From NCBI RefSeq assembly GCF_013004595.1, contig NZ_JABEMC010000001.1:682001-746000 (forward strand): a DNA stretch of 64,000 nucleotides. The letters run 5' to 3'. Each line of letters begins with the position of its first letter. Position 1 is the first letter of the stretch. The notes under the pieces were generated by a model. That model was given only the letters and a program-made list of their open reading frames with translations. It was not told where the DNA came from and made no database searches. Shown one piece after another: positions 41,985 through 52,186 of the stretch. Made by a program: the position numbers and the translations under genes. This DNA comes from Brevibacterium luteolum (GTDB taxonomy: Bacteria; Actinomycetota; Actinomycetes; Actinomycetales; Brevibacteriaceae).

Positions 41985-44570
41985 ATGGCGTTATCGGCAG
42001 ATTCCGTGCCACCACTGTCGGGCACCGGCGCCGCTCTCGCGGGACGCGAAGAGGAGATCGAACGCGTTCTCCGCTCTCTCAGCGAACCGGGCCTGCTCGG
42101 ATCGCTCGTCGTCGGCCCACCGGGCATCGGCAAATCCGCCCTCATCTCCGCCGTGCTCCAGCGTCTCGGCCCCGACATCACTGCCGTGCGATTGGCCTGC
42201 AGCGAGCTTCAGGCAGAGCGACCTTACGGTGTCCTGCGGCCGTTGCTGACCGATGCCGACGTTGACGTGCCGCTGAATCCGGTGACGATCCATGCTGTTG
42301 CCGGGCGAGCCATCCGTGCGCTGGCCGGACAGTCGCGGCTCATCATCGTCGTCGAGAACGCCGATTTCCTCGACGATCACACCGCTTCGTTCCTCAATCA
42401 GTTCGCACGCGCACACCAGGCGCATCTGCTCGTCGCCCTTGCTGTGGTCTCGCCGTTCAACGACATCCTGGCCAGTCTGTGGACCGCCGGGCTCGTCACG
42501 CGGGTCGATCTGGGCGGCCTGGACGACGATGCGGCTGCGCGGCTGCTCAACCACATGCTCGGCGTGCCGGTCAGCCCGCACGCCGTCGGCATGCTGACAG
42601 CGCTCTCGGCAGGAAACCCGCGGATGCTCAAGCTGCTGGCCAGCGACCAGAAGCAGTCGGGGAACCTGGTCGTGCACGACGGCGTGGCCATCCTGCGCGA
42701 AGCTCCGGAGGCCACCGGCCTCAAACCTGCTGACCTGGACAGCCGGCTCGACCAGCTCGACCCATCCAGCCGGGACATCGTCGACTTCGTCGCTCTTGCC
42801 GGAGCCATCGCCTACTCCGCCCTGCGCGTCCTCGGACAGGAAGAGCAGATCACCGAGCTGCTTGAACGCGGGCTGCTGCGCATCATCCCAGGCCCCGGCA
42901 CGCTCGTCGCTCTCGATCAGGACAGCACCTCTGCGGTTGTCGCCGCGACTGTGCCGCCAGCGCGCCGCCGCAGCCTGTGGCAGAGGTTCACCTCGGTTGT
43001 CAGTCTGCACGAGCTTCCTGCGCAGTCGCTCGTACCCTGTGCCCACTGGGCATTGAGTGTGGGGGAGAAACCCGCTCCCGACGTCGCCGCCGCTGCCTCG
43101 CGGCGAGCCCGCACGGTCGGTGATTCCCGGCTCTTGGCGCTCCTGGACAAGCTCTACGGAAGCACAATGCCGCGCATCCGGGCTGACCGGCTCATGACCT
43201 GCATGGCGTTCGACTGGCACATCGAGGCACAGTCCCTCGCCAGAGAGCTGCGCGGCTGCGGCGACCGGCGAGCAGCCGATGTGGCACTTGCCCAGCAGCT
43301 GCTCTTGGCGTCGATGGGCGGGCCGCTGCCAGCCGACCTCGACCAGCTGCGCCGATCCGAGAACAGTCCGGTTGTCGATATCGCCTTAGCCGACTACGAC
43401 CTGCGGGCCCGCCGCTTTGCGGCAGCGGCTGAGCGGGCCCACGCCGTCTACGCAGAGACCGGCAACACGCTGACGGAACGTGCACGGGCTGTGGCGCTGC
43501 GCAGTGAACCGCTGGTCATCAGCGGTGAGATCGCTGCGGGCCTCAACTGCGTCTCCCGTGCCAGATCGATGCTTGAGCAGATGGGCGAGGAACCGGTCTG
43601 CATCCGCTTGGAGATCCTCAGCCGACTGTTCCGCTCCACGTATCTGGCCGGCGATTTCCGTGCAGCACGCGAACTTGCGGAGGTGGTGCGCACCATTCCC
43701 AAGTCCACGGGTGCTGCCAAGGTCACCACTGGATTGGCGCAGGTGCGCAGCGGGCAGATCGACAAAGCGCTGCAGGAGCTCACCCCGACGGTGGTCGAAC
43801 TCAGGATGGACGATCCGTACGGACACTGCGGACTCGCGGAGGCGGCCCAGCTGTTCGCCCAGCGCATGGCCGGCATCGGCACGGAGGAGTCCGCAAGCGA
43901 TGCCGGGTGCGTGACACCGGCGAGCGAGTGGACTGTCGAGGCCGAGGCTGCGCTCTTCGCCTCGATGGCTCTCGGCCTGCGTGATGCCGCGACTGCTGCC
44001 GAGCAGCTGCTGCATGCCGGTGAGGAGCTGGAGGAAGCCGGGGCGCGGACCCTGGCCGCGCAGCGCTATGTGCAGGCCACACGCTTAGGCTGCCGTTCTG
44101 CAGCCCAGCACCTGCTCACCGTCCTCGACTCTGAGCTGGGTCAGCTGGCGCAGCTGTGCCGGGCGCTCGGCAAGGGCATCGTGGACGATTCCCATACCGA
44201 ACTCCTGACCGCTAGTGAACATGCTCTGGCGCTGGGAGATGTGGTGCTGTGCAAGTGGGCGGCCGATCAGGCCATCGACCGAGCCGTGGCCGCCAGGTCG
44301 CGAGCCACGGCCCGCAGAGCCCGGTCGCTGTCCGGCCGGGCCTACCGGATGCTTCGTCTTCCCGCCGGCGGAGCCACGGGGCCGATGAAGCTCAGCGACT
44401 TCGAGACAGCCCTCGCTGCAGCAGCCGCCGACGGCGCCAGCAGTGCTGAACTGGGGGCCCGTTTCCACCTTTCGCCGCGCACCGTCGAATGGCACCTGAG
44501 CAAGATCTACCGACGCCTGCGCGTGTCCAACAGAGCAGAACTACGGCAGGTCCGCGATGAGATTGCGTGA
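41985..44570 (+). CDS. Large AAA-ATPase/LuxR-HTH transcriptional regulator (LAL/MalT-like), copy 1
   Basis: GREEE, Walker A GPPGIGKS, Walker B-like IVVENAD, GNP, and C-terminal LuxR HTH LSPRTVEWHLSKIYRRLRVSNRAEL. GGAGG RBS. Confidence 0.9.
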   Translation: MALSADSVPPLSGTGAALAGREEEIERVLRSLSEPGLLGSLVVGPPGIGKSALISAVLQRLGPDITAVRLACSELQAERPYGVLRPLLTDADVDVPLNPVTIHAVAGRAIRALAGQSRLIIVVENADFLDDHTASFLNQFARAHQAHLLVALAVVSPFNDILASLWTAGLVTRVDLGGLDDDAAARLLNHMLGVPVSPHAVGMLTALSAGNPRMLKLLASDQKQSGNLVVHDGVAILREAPEATGLKPADLDSRLDQLDPSSRDIVDFVALAGAIAYSALRVLGQEEQITELLERGLLRIIPGPGTLVALDQDSTSAVVAATVPPARRRSLWQRFTSVVSLHELPAQSLVPCAHWALSVGEKPAPDVAAAASRRARTVGDSRLLALLDKLYGSTMPRIRADRLMTCMAFDWHIEAQSLARELRGCGDRRAADVALAQQLLLASMGGPLPADLDQLRRSENSPVVDIALADYDLRARRFAAAAERAHAVYAETGNTLTERARAVALRSEPLVISGEIAAGLNCVSRARSMLEQMGEEPVCIRLEILSRLFRSTYLAGDFRAARELAEVVRTIPKSTGAAKVTTGLAQVRSGQIDKALQELTPTVVELRMDDPYGHCGLAEAAQLFAQRMAGIGTEESASDAGCVTPASEWTVEAEAALFASMALGLRDAATAAEQLLHAGEELEEAGARTLAAQRYVQATRLGCRSAAQHLLTVLDSELGQLAQLCRALGKGIVDDSHTELLTASEHALALGDVVLCKWAADQAIDRAVAARSRATARRARSLSGRAYRMLRLPAGGATGPMKLSDFETALAAAAADGASSAELGARFHLSPRTVEWHLSKIYRRLRVSNRAELRQVRDEIA

Positions 44571-47121
44571 CAGCCGGCCCGAGCGCATTTCCATCTTCGG
44601 ACGAGACGAAGAACTCGCAGCAGGCAGGGAAGTGATCGACGGCAGTCAGACTCGTGGCCTGCTCCTCATTGGTGCGCCGGGCACCGGCACTTCGCTGCTC
44701 GGGCGTGCTCTCTTCACCGGTACGACAGGCCGTGCTGAATGGCTGGCTGCTGATCGTGTCCAGCGCATGCAGCCCTTTGCCGCGCTCGCCCCGCTTCTCG
44801 ACGGCACTGCTGTCGCGAGCTCTGAGGATGTCGAACGCGCTGTCGTGCGAGCGCTGAGCGAACCCGGTCAGCCAGCACCGGTGATCTTCGTTGACAACGG
44901 CCACGACCTCGACTCGGACAGCATCTCCGTCCTGGCCCAGCTGGCGGCGGCGGGCGAGATCCGGCTTGTCACGATGGTCCGTCCGCAGGCCGATATCGTC
45001 GGAGCTCTGTCCCAGCCAGTCCTTGATGGGGTCATGGTCCGCATCGACCTCGACGTCCTCTCAGCAGAGGCCTGCAGCCAACTCGTCGACTCCGTTCTGG
45101 GCGGCACCGTGGCCACACGGGTCACCGAGTTCTTCACCCTTGCCTCCGGCCGCAACCCCAGCATTCTCAAAGCGCTGCTGGTCGCTGCGCAGGAGTCGGG
45201 CGTCATCGTCAACCGCTCCCGCACCTGGATCCTCAGCGGCAGGGAGCTCTGCTTCTCCGGACGCCCAGCAGATATGGTCCGCACCTGGAAGACCTCGTTG
45301 TCGTGCGAGGACCGTGACTGCCTCGACCTCGTCACTCTCGCCGGGCCTCTGCCTCTCGACATGCTCATCGATGTCGGCTACGGCGGTTCCACGGACCGGC
45401 TGCTTGACTACCGGATCCTTGAGGTCGCCTCAGACCCGCCGTTCGAAGTGCGCTTGCCCCTGCATCTGCCACGTGATCTCATGCGCCAGAGCATCTCTGC
45501 CCTCAAAGCCGAGGACCTCTACCGCCGCTACTTCCCGGTCACGGGCGAGTACGCGCGCCGAAGCGCGCTCGATCACGTCAGATGGGCGCAGCACGCACAT
45601 GTTGCGGTCGATCCTGCGGAAACGCAGGCCGCAGCGCGGCAGGCTCTCAGCCAGCGCCAGCCGAACCTCGCTCTGAAGCTGCTGTCGCCGATCGTCGATG
45701 ACGACAGGGACCTCGCCACGCGAGTCGATTTCGCAGCAGCTCGATTGGAATGCGGTGACACCATGCCGGCCGAAGACCTCGTGGAGCTGAGCCTGGAGTG
45801 CACCGGTGAACTCTATGAATGCCTGCGCATCCTCATGCTGGGACTCCGGGTCGCGCTCAAACGCGGCGATACCTGCAACCAGGCACGAGCACAGATGGCC
45901 GACTGGCGCACGTCAGCGCGCTATCTTCTCACCGAGCCCACAGAGGTAGCCGAGTTCGAGCGGCTGACCACCGTCATCACAGCAGGACTCGACCTGTGCA
46001 AGTTCACCCCGGATCACATTCCCGACGACGTCCGCGCTGCGGTGGACGATCCTGATGCCTCTCAGCTGCAGAGAGACCTGACTCTGGTCTATCTCAGCCG
46101 ACGTGCCGTGATGCGCGGCAGGCAGGAGGAAGCACATGAGATCGAGCAGACCATCTCCGAGCTCGGACAGCCGGGTTCAGCCGCTCACTCCTTTGCCATG
46201 ATCCTCGAAATGGCCCATCCGATTCGGCTGCGAGTCGGCGTCCTGCCGCGATATGCTCCTGCCCCTGACGTGGCACACATGTCCGCCACGAGCGGACGAA
46301 TGGACTTCGAGATCGCGCTGGAGGCGTTTCGGAGATGCGATACACCGCGGGCACAGACCGCGGTGCGGCGTGCACTCGCCTGCCTGCGCTGGCACGACGA
46401 CGAGCAGCTCCTGCCACTCGCATTGGCCCTCGCCGCGCTCATCGCCTCAACGCTCGGAGACTCATCCCGGGTGCAGCAGCTCATCGACGAGCTCGAGCTC
46501 GTCCTGCCCAATGCCGATCCCGCCGACTGGACGGCGGCTCGGGCGATGCGCTTCGCTGCCGAATACCTCGACACCGGAAGCCCCGAAACGAAGGCCGATC
46601 TGGCTGAGCTGGCCGACCACGCTGCGGAGCGATCCGTCGTCGCCGAGAGCTGGGTGCGCGGCTGCGCCCTGCTCATCGGCGATCTGCCGACCGTTGCTGC
46701 CATGTCACCTGTTGACGCAGGCGTTGACGACCCTTCGGTGACAGCTGTCGCGCAGATCACCCAGGCTTTCAAGAGCGATGACGCCACGACTCTCGTCGCC
46801 GTGCGGAATGGACTCATGTCGCTCTCCGCCTGTGCCGGACGCGCTGTTGAGCAGCGGATCCGCGATATCGCTGAGCGGACCGGGGACAGCCAGCCGGTCG
46901 CACAGCTGCGCAGAAACGGACCGATCCAGCCGAGCACGGACGACGTGCTCACCCCCAGAGAACGTGAGATCGGCGAACTCATTCTGCTCAAGACTCCGAA
47001 CAAGACGATCGCCAAGCGCCTCGGCATCTCCGTGCGCACTGTTGAGGGTCACTGCTCCAGCCTGTTCCGCAAACTCGGCATCAGCCGTCGCAGCGAGCTG
47101 CGCCGCAGCCACCTGGGCTGA
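44557..47121 (+). CDS. Large AAA-ATPase/LuxR-HTH transcriptional regulator, copy 2 (degenerate Walker A)
   Basis: FGRDEEL, GAPGTGTS, IFVDNGHDLD, RNP, and LTPREREI...NKTIAKRLGISVRTVEGHCSSLFRKLGISRRSEL. Overlaps copy 1 by 14 nt. Confidence 0.9.
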   Translation: MRLRDSRPERISIFGRDEELAAGREVIDGSQTRGLLLIGAPGTGTSLLGRALFTGTTGRAEWLAADRVQRMQPFAALAPLLDGTAVASSEDVERAVVRALSEPGQPAPVIFVDNGHDLDSDSISVLAQLAAAGEIRLVTMVRPQADIVGALSQPVLDGVMVRIDLDVLSAEACSQLVDSVLGGTVATRVTEFFTLASGRNPSILKALLVAAQESGVIVNRSRTWILSGRELCFSGRPADMVRTWKTSLSCEDRDCLDLVTLAGPLPLDMLIDVGYGGSTDRLLDYRILEVASDPPFEVRLPLHLPRDLMRQSISALKAEDLYRRYFPVTGEYARRSALDHVRWAQHAHVAVDPAETQAAARQALSQRQPNLALKLLSPIVDDDRDLATRVDFAAARLECGDTMPAEDLVELSLECTGELYECLRILMLGLRVALKRGDTCNQARAQMADWRTSARYLLTEPTEVAEFERLTTVITAGLDLCKFTPDHIPDDVRAAVDDPDASQLQRDLTLVYLSRRAVMRGRQEEAHEIEQTISELGQPGSAAHSFAMILEMAHPIRLRVGVLPRYAPAPDVAHMSATSGRMDFEIALEAFRRCDTPRAQTAVRRALACLRWHDDEQLLPLALALAALIASTLGDSSRVQQLIDELELVLPNADPADWTAARAMRFAAEYLDTGSPETKADLAELADHAAERSVVAESWVRGCALLIGDLPTVAAMSPVDAGVDDPSVTAVAQITQAFKSDDATTLVAVRNGLMSLSACAGRAVEQRIRDIAERTGDSQPVAQLRRNGPIQPSTDDVLTPREREIGELILLKTPNKTIAKRLGISVRTVEGHCSSLFRKLGISRRSELRRSHLG

Positions 47122-47277
47122 ACCTCCCGGGCGCTTCCGAGCGCACAGCCGTTCCATCTTCGCGGCGATCAGGACACCACTGTGTTCGCATGCTCCGCGA
47201 CGGCGGAGCTCCACCTGGTCATCCCGCTGATCCAGAGCCTCCCGGCGGGCCGTGAATGTGCGGCGTTGCACACCGAG

Positions 47278-47340
47278 CACGTGGTCGACCCGTAACTACG
47301 ACGAGGTAACCACGTAGTCGCGCTGGCGTCCCCGTAGGAT
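47278..47340 (+). promoter_or_regulatory. Putative activator box and -10 of the polysaccharide operon
   Basis: CACGTRGTCG x2 (47278, 47311), GTAACYACG x2 (47292, 47306), inverted ACTACG/CGTAGT, and TAGGAT at 47335-47340. Confidence 0.5.
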
Positions 47341-47494
47341 CCGGGGGCCTGCCCCCCAGTTCCTGTCTCCTGAACCGGTAGCAAACACAGCTGTGGCCAG
47401 GGAAAACGTGCGGAAGCATGAATGCTCAGACACCCGCTCGTTGCCGTCGCCGCTGGCTGCTCTGCCCGCGGTCGACGAGGAAGGCCCTGGACAG

Positions 47495-48859
47495 ATGAGG
47501 AATCTCCAGCCGACAGGAGCTGCCGCAAAGACGTACCCGCACTCCCTGCTCGGCGCTGCCCGTCCCCGCATGCTCGCCGGGCACCGCCGGATCGGCCTGG
47601 CCGTGTTCGGCTTCGAGCTCATCCTCGTCGGATTCGGCGCCGGCGCACTCGCAGAGACACGCACTGCCGACACCTCGGTCTGGACGTGGGCCGCAGTATG
47701 GGTGGCGCTGCGCCTCATCGTCGGCGGGGCCCAGTATGCGCGGACCCTCCGGTCTGCCTGCATCGTGCCCGTCATCACCGGCGTCGGCGTCGTCGTCATC
47801 GGCTTCGCCGCAGAGCACTTCCTCAGCCCGGCACGTCTCATCGGAGAGGTCATGGCCGTCGCCTTCGTGCTCACCGGCATCTCGCTCATGACACGTGTGG
47901 CAGTGCTCGTCTTCTACCGGCCCCGCACGGTGCGCCTCGTCTGCGACGCCGCCGACGCACCCCCAGCCGATACCCACCGGGTCCACCACATCGCGCTCAC
48001 CCCGCGCATCACGGACGACCCCGCGGCCCTCACCAGTGCAGTGCTGCAGGCGGTCGACGCCTTCGACGCCGTGGCCGTCGACCTGTGCGAGGGCCTCGAC
48101 CGCGACACGACCGATCAGCTGATGTGGGCGCTGCGCCATCACCAGGTCAGCCTGCGGGTGCCGCTCAGCGTCACCACTGTGCGGGCACAGAACCTCAAAC
48201 CGGAGCTGACGGCCGGAGACGCCAGCCTCGTGTGCATGACATCCGCGCCGCCGCTGCGGCTGCGCGTGACTAAGCGCCTCTTCGACATCCTCGGCTCGGC
48301 CGCGCTCATCATCGTTCTGTCGCCTGTGCTCATCACCGTCGCACTCCTCGTCAAGCGCGACAGCCCGGGGCCGGTGATCTTCCGGCAGACGCGCATCGGC
48401 GTCGAGGGCGAGGAGTTCCAGATCCTCAAGTTCCGCACTATGGTCGCCGACGCCGATGCACAGCTGGCTCGTCTGCTCAAGGAACAGAATCGGGGCGACA
48501 CCCCGCTCTTCAAGATCGACTCCGATCCGCGCATCACCCGCACCGGGGGAGTGCTGCGCCGCTTCTCCCTCGATGAGCTGCCGCAGCTGTTCAATGTGCT
48601 CGGCGGTTCGATGAGCCTGGTCGGTCCGCGCCCGCAGCGTGCCGAGGAGGTCGCGCTCTACACCCCGACGGCGGTGCAGCGGCTCGGCGTCAAGCCGGGG
48701 ATGACCGGGCTTTGGCAGGTATCGGGACGGTCCAATCTGCCGTGGGAGCGCGCCCAGCAGCTCGACGTCTACTACGCCAACAACTGGACCCTCGGTCTCG
48801 ACCTGGCGATCCTGGTTCGCACCATCCGCGCCGTTCTCGCGCGGGAGGGGGCGGTGTGA
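47495..48859 (+). CDS. Priming polyprenyl-phosphate sugar (phospho)transferase (Bac_transf family)
   Basis: N-terminal TM helices, KRLFD, KFRTM, DPRITR, LDELPQL, SLVGPRP and KPGMTGLWQVSGRS. Start is uncertain (47393, 47495 or 47570). Confidence 0.92.
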   Translation: MRNLQPTGAAAKTYPHSLLGAARPRMLAGHRRIGLAVFGFELILVGFGAGALAETRTADTSVWTWAAVWVALRLIVGGAQYARTLRSACIVPVITGVGVVVIGFAAEHFLSPARLIGEVMAVAFVLTGISLMTRVAVLVFYRPRTVRLVCDAADAPPADTHRVHHIALTPRITDDPAALTSAVLQAVDAFDAVAVDLCEGLDRDTTDQLMWALRHHQVSLRVPLSVTTVRAQNLKPELTAGDASLVCMTSAPPLRLRVTKRLFDILGSAALIIVLSPVLITVALLVKRDSPGPVIFRQTRIGVEGEEFQILKFRTMVADADAQLARLLKEQNRGDTPLFKIDSDPRITRTGGVLRRFSLDELPQLFNVLGGSMSLVGPRPQRAEEVALYTPTAVQRLGVKPGMTGLWQVSGRSNLPWERAQQLDVYYANNWTLGLDLAILVRTIRAVLAREGAV

Positions 48860-49911
48860 TGCGCGTCGTCCACCTCATCCACTCTGCGAAGGTCGGCGGG
48901 GTCGAAGCCGCTGCCGGTCTGCTTCGTCAGCGCTGCACCACCCTCCAGCTGCGCTTGGCCGCTTTCACGACCACCGGCGGCACGGACAGGACGATCCCCG
49001 TCGACTTTGCAGCCCGCGGTCTGAACAATCCGATATCGCTGATCCAGCTGGTGCGCTACATCCGGCGCCAGCGTCCGGACATCCTCGTGACCTCGTTATG
49101 GCGCTCGACGGCCGTCGGGTTCATCGCCAGCGCCCTGCTGCCCCGTACTGGCTGGGTCGTCTACCTGCACAACACGCGTTACACCAACGTCGTTGACCGC
49201 ATTCTCCATACGGTGGCTCTCCGCTGCGCAGATGCGGTGTTCTGCGACTCCCACGCAACCCGCAGCGCACTGGTCAGTCCTGCCACCCGGACCCCGGTCT
49301 ACGTCGTCACCCCTGCCTCCGCGGCGGTGACAGAACTCCAGCCACCGCAGCGCGACGAGCGCGACGCAGATACCAGCAATGGGAACGAGATCCGCTTGGT
49401 GTTCTGGGGGCGGCTGGCCAGGCAGAAGCGACTCGACCGGGCCATCGAACTGCTGGCCGAGCTGCAGTGCACGCACCCTGGCGGCGCGCGACTCGACATC
49501 ATCGGCCCCGATGAGGGCGAAGCCGCCGGTCTGACGGCGCTCGCCGATCGCCTCGGCATCGCCGACCGGTTCCACCGACACGAACCGTGCAGACCTGAGG
49601 AGATCGCCGGACTGGCCGCAGAGGCCGATTTCTTCGTCCAGCTCAGCGACTACGAGGGCCTCGGCATGGCTGTCCGCGAGGCCATGCACCTGGGGCTCGT
49701 GCCCGTCGTGACTCCCGTTGGGGAGATCCCGGCCTACGCCACGGATGGTGTCAACGCGATCTGCAGCAGCGCAGATGCGCAGACGCTGGCGCAGCGGGTG
49801 CGCGAGGTCATGACAGATCCCGACCGGTACCGCGCAGCCGCACAAGCAGTCGCGTTGCCGGACTTCATCGGCGACTTCACCTCTGCGTGCCGGGAGGTGA
49901 GCCGGGCATGA
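48859..49911 (+). CDS. GT4-family glycosyltransferase
   Basis: MRVVHLI...GGVE, GRLARQKR and EGLGMAVREAM. TGATG coupling. Confidence 0.9.
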   Translation: MRVVHLIHSAKVGGVEAAAGLLRQRCTTLQLRLAAFTTTGGTDRTIPVDFAARGLNNPISLIQLVRYIRRQRPDILVTSLWRSTAVGFIASALLPRTGWVVYLHNTRYTNVVDRILHTVALRCADAVFCDSHATRSALVSPATRTPVYVVTPASAAVTELQPPQRDERDADTSNGNEIRLVFWGRLARQKRLDRAIELLAELQCTHPGGARLDIIGPDEGEAAGLTALADRLGIADRFHRHEPCRPEEIAGLAAEADFFVQLSDYEGLGMAVREAMHLGLVPVVTPVGEIPAYATDGVNAICSSADAQTLAQRVREVMTDPDRYRAAAQAVALPDFIGDFTSACREVSRA

Positions 49912-51053
49912 ACGGCGACATCCTCGTCCGCCAGCTGCTGGCCCTCTGCCTGCTCGGCAGCGCCCTCATCTCATCGACCACCTCGCGAGCAGTCCTGCCC
50001 GAACAGTTCCTGCGCGACGACGCACACATCCGTGCTGCCATCCTCGACCCAGGTGGTGCAACCTCAGCGGAGTCGTTCCGGCACATCGGCGCCTTCTACC
50101 GCGGTCTGGGGCTGGGAGAGCTGCCGCCCTTGGCGGCCCTGCTGGGTGTCGGCCTCTTCATAGCCGCTGTGATCATCGCGCTGCCGCTTGAGTCGCTTGG
50201 CCGGCTCGGACTTGCTGGATTCGGTCTGTTGGCCGTCAGCTGCGTCTTCGCCGTCGTCTACCTCGGACAGTACACGAAGGAGATCTTCACCGTTGTCATT
50301 GCTCTGCTCGTCCTCGTTCTGCCGCGCTCGCCCTATGGTGACGTCGCAGTCGTCGCATCCTGTCTGCTCTACGGCATCTACATGCGCCCGTACTGGCTGC
50401 TCATCGCCGTGCTCTACGTCTGCATCCGTGTCCTGCTGGCACGACGCACCGGGCCGCTGGGCATGCTCGTCTGCGTCGTCGCCGGGTACGCGGTGCTCGC
50501 TGTGGCCTTCCGCATTGTGCTGGGGGAGAACCTCGAGGGGCGCCGTACGTGGCTCAACGCCGAACGCGCTGACACGGTCGTCAACACCCTGATCAGCGGC
50601 CCATTTCCCGAAGCCACCGGAGTCCTCAGCGTCATCTCAGTGCTGTGCGTGCTCGCCATGCTCATCGTGCCGTGGCCGCTGCTGTTCTCCGGCAGCCCGG
50701 AGCTGGTGCTCGCCGGCATCGCTGTGATGGCGGTGTGGGGACTGGTGCTCTACACGGCATTCTCCCGCCGACGCAGCACCGTCCGCCTCAGCGGGCCACC
50801 GCGCATCGCTCGCGGGATCTCCCTGCTGTTGGCGCTCGTACTCGTGCAGGCACTGTTCGAACCGGACTACGGCTCCTACCTCAAACACCTCACCGGTCTG
50901 CTGCCGCTCGTGCTGTGCTGCCTGCCGCTGCGCGGAAACCGGGCGCCTGCGGCCACCGTGGTCCGTCCACAGCCCGGTCCGCAGCACCGCCTGCCGTTCT
51001 TCACACCCGCCGCTACCTACCCGGATCCCAACACCTCAGGAGCCTGGACATGA
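49908..51053 (+). CDS. Polytopic membrane protein, probable Wzy-type polymerase
   Basis: Many TM helices with KE, RPYW and FEPDYGSYLKH loops. Lies inside the operon, which has no other polymerase candidate. Confidence 0.6.
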   Translation: MNGDILVRQLLALCLLGSALISSTTSRAVLPEQFLRDDAHIRAAILDPGGATSAESFRHIGAFYRGLGLGELPPLAALLGVGLFIAAVIIALPLESLGRLGLAGFGLLAVSCVFAVVYLGQYTKEIFTVVIALLVLVLPRSPYGDVAVVASCLLYGIYMRPYWLLIAVLYVCIRVLLARRTGPLGMLVCVVAGYAVLAVAFRIVLGENLEGRRTWLNAERADTVVNTLISGPFPEATGVLSVISVLCVLAMLIVPWPLLFSGSPELVLAGIAVMAVWGLVLYTAFSRRRSTVRLSGPPRIARGISLLLALVLVQALFEPDYGSYLKHLTGLLPLVLCCLPLRGNRAPAATVVRPQPGPQHRLPFFTPAATYPDPNTSGAWT

Positions 51054-52186
51054 GGATCCTCCACATCACCGAAGCGACCTCCGCCGGCGTACTGACCTCC
51101 GTCACCGCACTCGCCCGCGCCCAATCCGCGCACCCCGACGTCAGGAGCGTGACGCTGGCGTGTGTCGCTCGTGGTGATTCCCCACCGCCAGCAGCGATTG
51201 CCGAGATGTGCGGTCACGACGTCGCTCTGCGCGTGTTGCCATGCAGGCAGCGCCGGCGGCTGATCGACCTCACCCGGCTCATCCGCACCGAAATCCGACG
51301 TGACACCGAGGCAGTCGTGCACTTGCACTCGTCCCGCGCCGGCTTCATCGGTCGCGTGCTCACCGCGCTGCAGGGGACTGCTCATCGCGTGGTCTACAGC
51401 CCGCACTGCTTCAGCTTCGACCGTGCCGATCTGCCCGCGGCTGCCCGGGTGGCATTCCGTGTCCTCGAGCGTGCCGCTCTGCGGGCTGGCCGGAACCTCG
51501 TCCTGGTCTCCCACAGCGAAGCAGCCCTCACCGCCCGCGTGCTGCCCGGTGCTGCGGTGGCCACGGTGCCCAACACCGTCGATGTCGCTGCCTGCCGGTC
51601 CGCGGCCACACGGGCAGGCAAGCCCGCTGGTCCTGTCCGCATCATCCACATCGGCCGGATCGCCGGGCAGAAACGGCCGGAGGTTTTCGCAGCTGTCGCC
51701 GATGCCGTGGCCGAGGCCCGACCTGGGCAGGCTGAGTTCCAGTGGATCGGCGAAGGCGAGCGTGGGCGGCTCTCGTCCAACGTCAGCGTCACCGGCTGGC
51801 TCACACCATCACACGTGCGCGAGCACATCGCGGCTGCCGACATGGTGCTCTTCACCTCTGCCGGTGAGGGGATGCCGATGTCACTGCTCGAAGCCCAAGC
51901 CTGCGGGCTGCCTGTCATCGCCCACGACGTCACCGGGGTCCGCGACATCGTCCGTGACGGCGAGACCGGCCTGCTGGCGAACTCGTCACAGGACCTCATC
52001 GCCGCGGTGCTCCAGCTGCTCGACGACCCACCTGCTGCCACCGAGCTGGGGCGCGCGGCAGCGGCGCACATTGCCGCCCACCACGACACGTCCCGGCAGG
52101 CGGAGACAAGCCTGGCCGCCTACCGCCAGCTGCTCCCAGCCGCAGTCACCGCCCACCACCGCGACGAGGAGATGACCCTGTCATGA
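51050..52186 (+). CDS. GT4-family glycosyltransferase
   Basis: MRILHITEA, HLHSSRAG, YSPH, GRIAGQKRP and EGMPMSLLEAQACGLPVI. Confidence 0.92.
   Translation: MRILHITEATSAGVLTSVTALARAQSAHPDVRSVTLACVARGDSPPPAAIAEMCGHDVALRVLPCRQRRRLIDLTRLIRTEIRRDTEAVVHLHSSRAGFIGRVLTALQGTAHRVVYSPHCFSFDRADLPAAARVAFRVLERAALRAGRNLVLVSHSEAALTARVLPGAAVATVPNTVDVAACRSAATRAGKPAGPVRIIHIGRIAGQKRPEVFAAVADAVAEARPGQAEFQWIGEGERGRLSSNVSVTGWLTPSHVREHIAAADMVLFTSAGEGMPMSLLEAQACGLPVIAHDVTGVRDIVRDGETGLLANSSQDLIAAVLQLLDDPPAATELGRAAAAHIAAHHDTSRQAETSLAAYRQLLPAAVTAHHRDEEMTLS

Noticed and set aside
41985..47121. STAND-type anti-phage (Avs-like) defence interpretation of the ATPase pair
   Set aside because: Both proteins end in LuxR HTH domains and lack nuclease, TIR, SIR2 or protease effectors.
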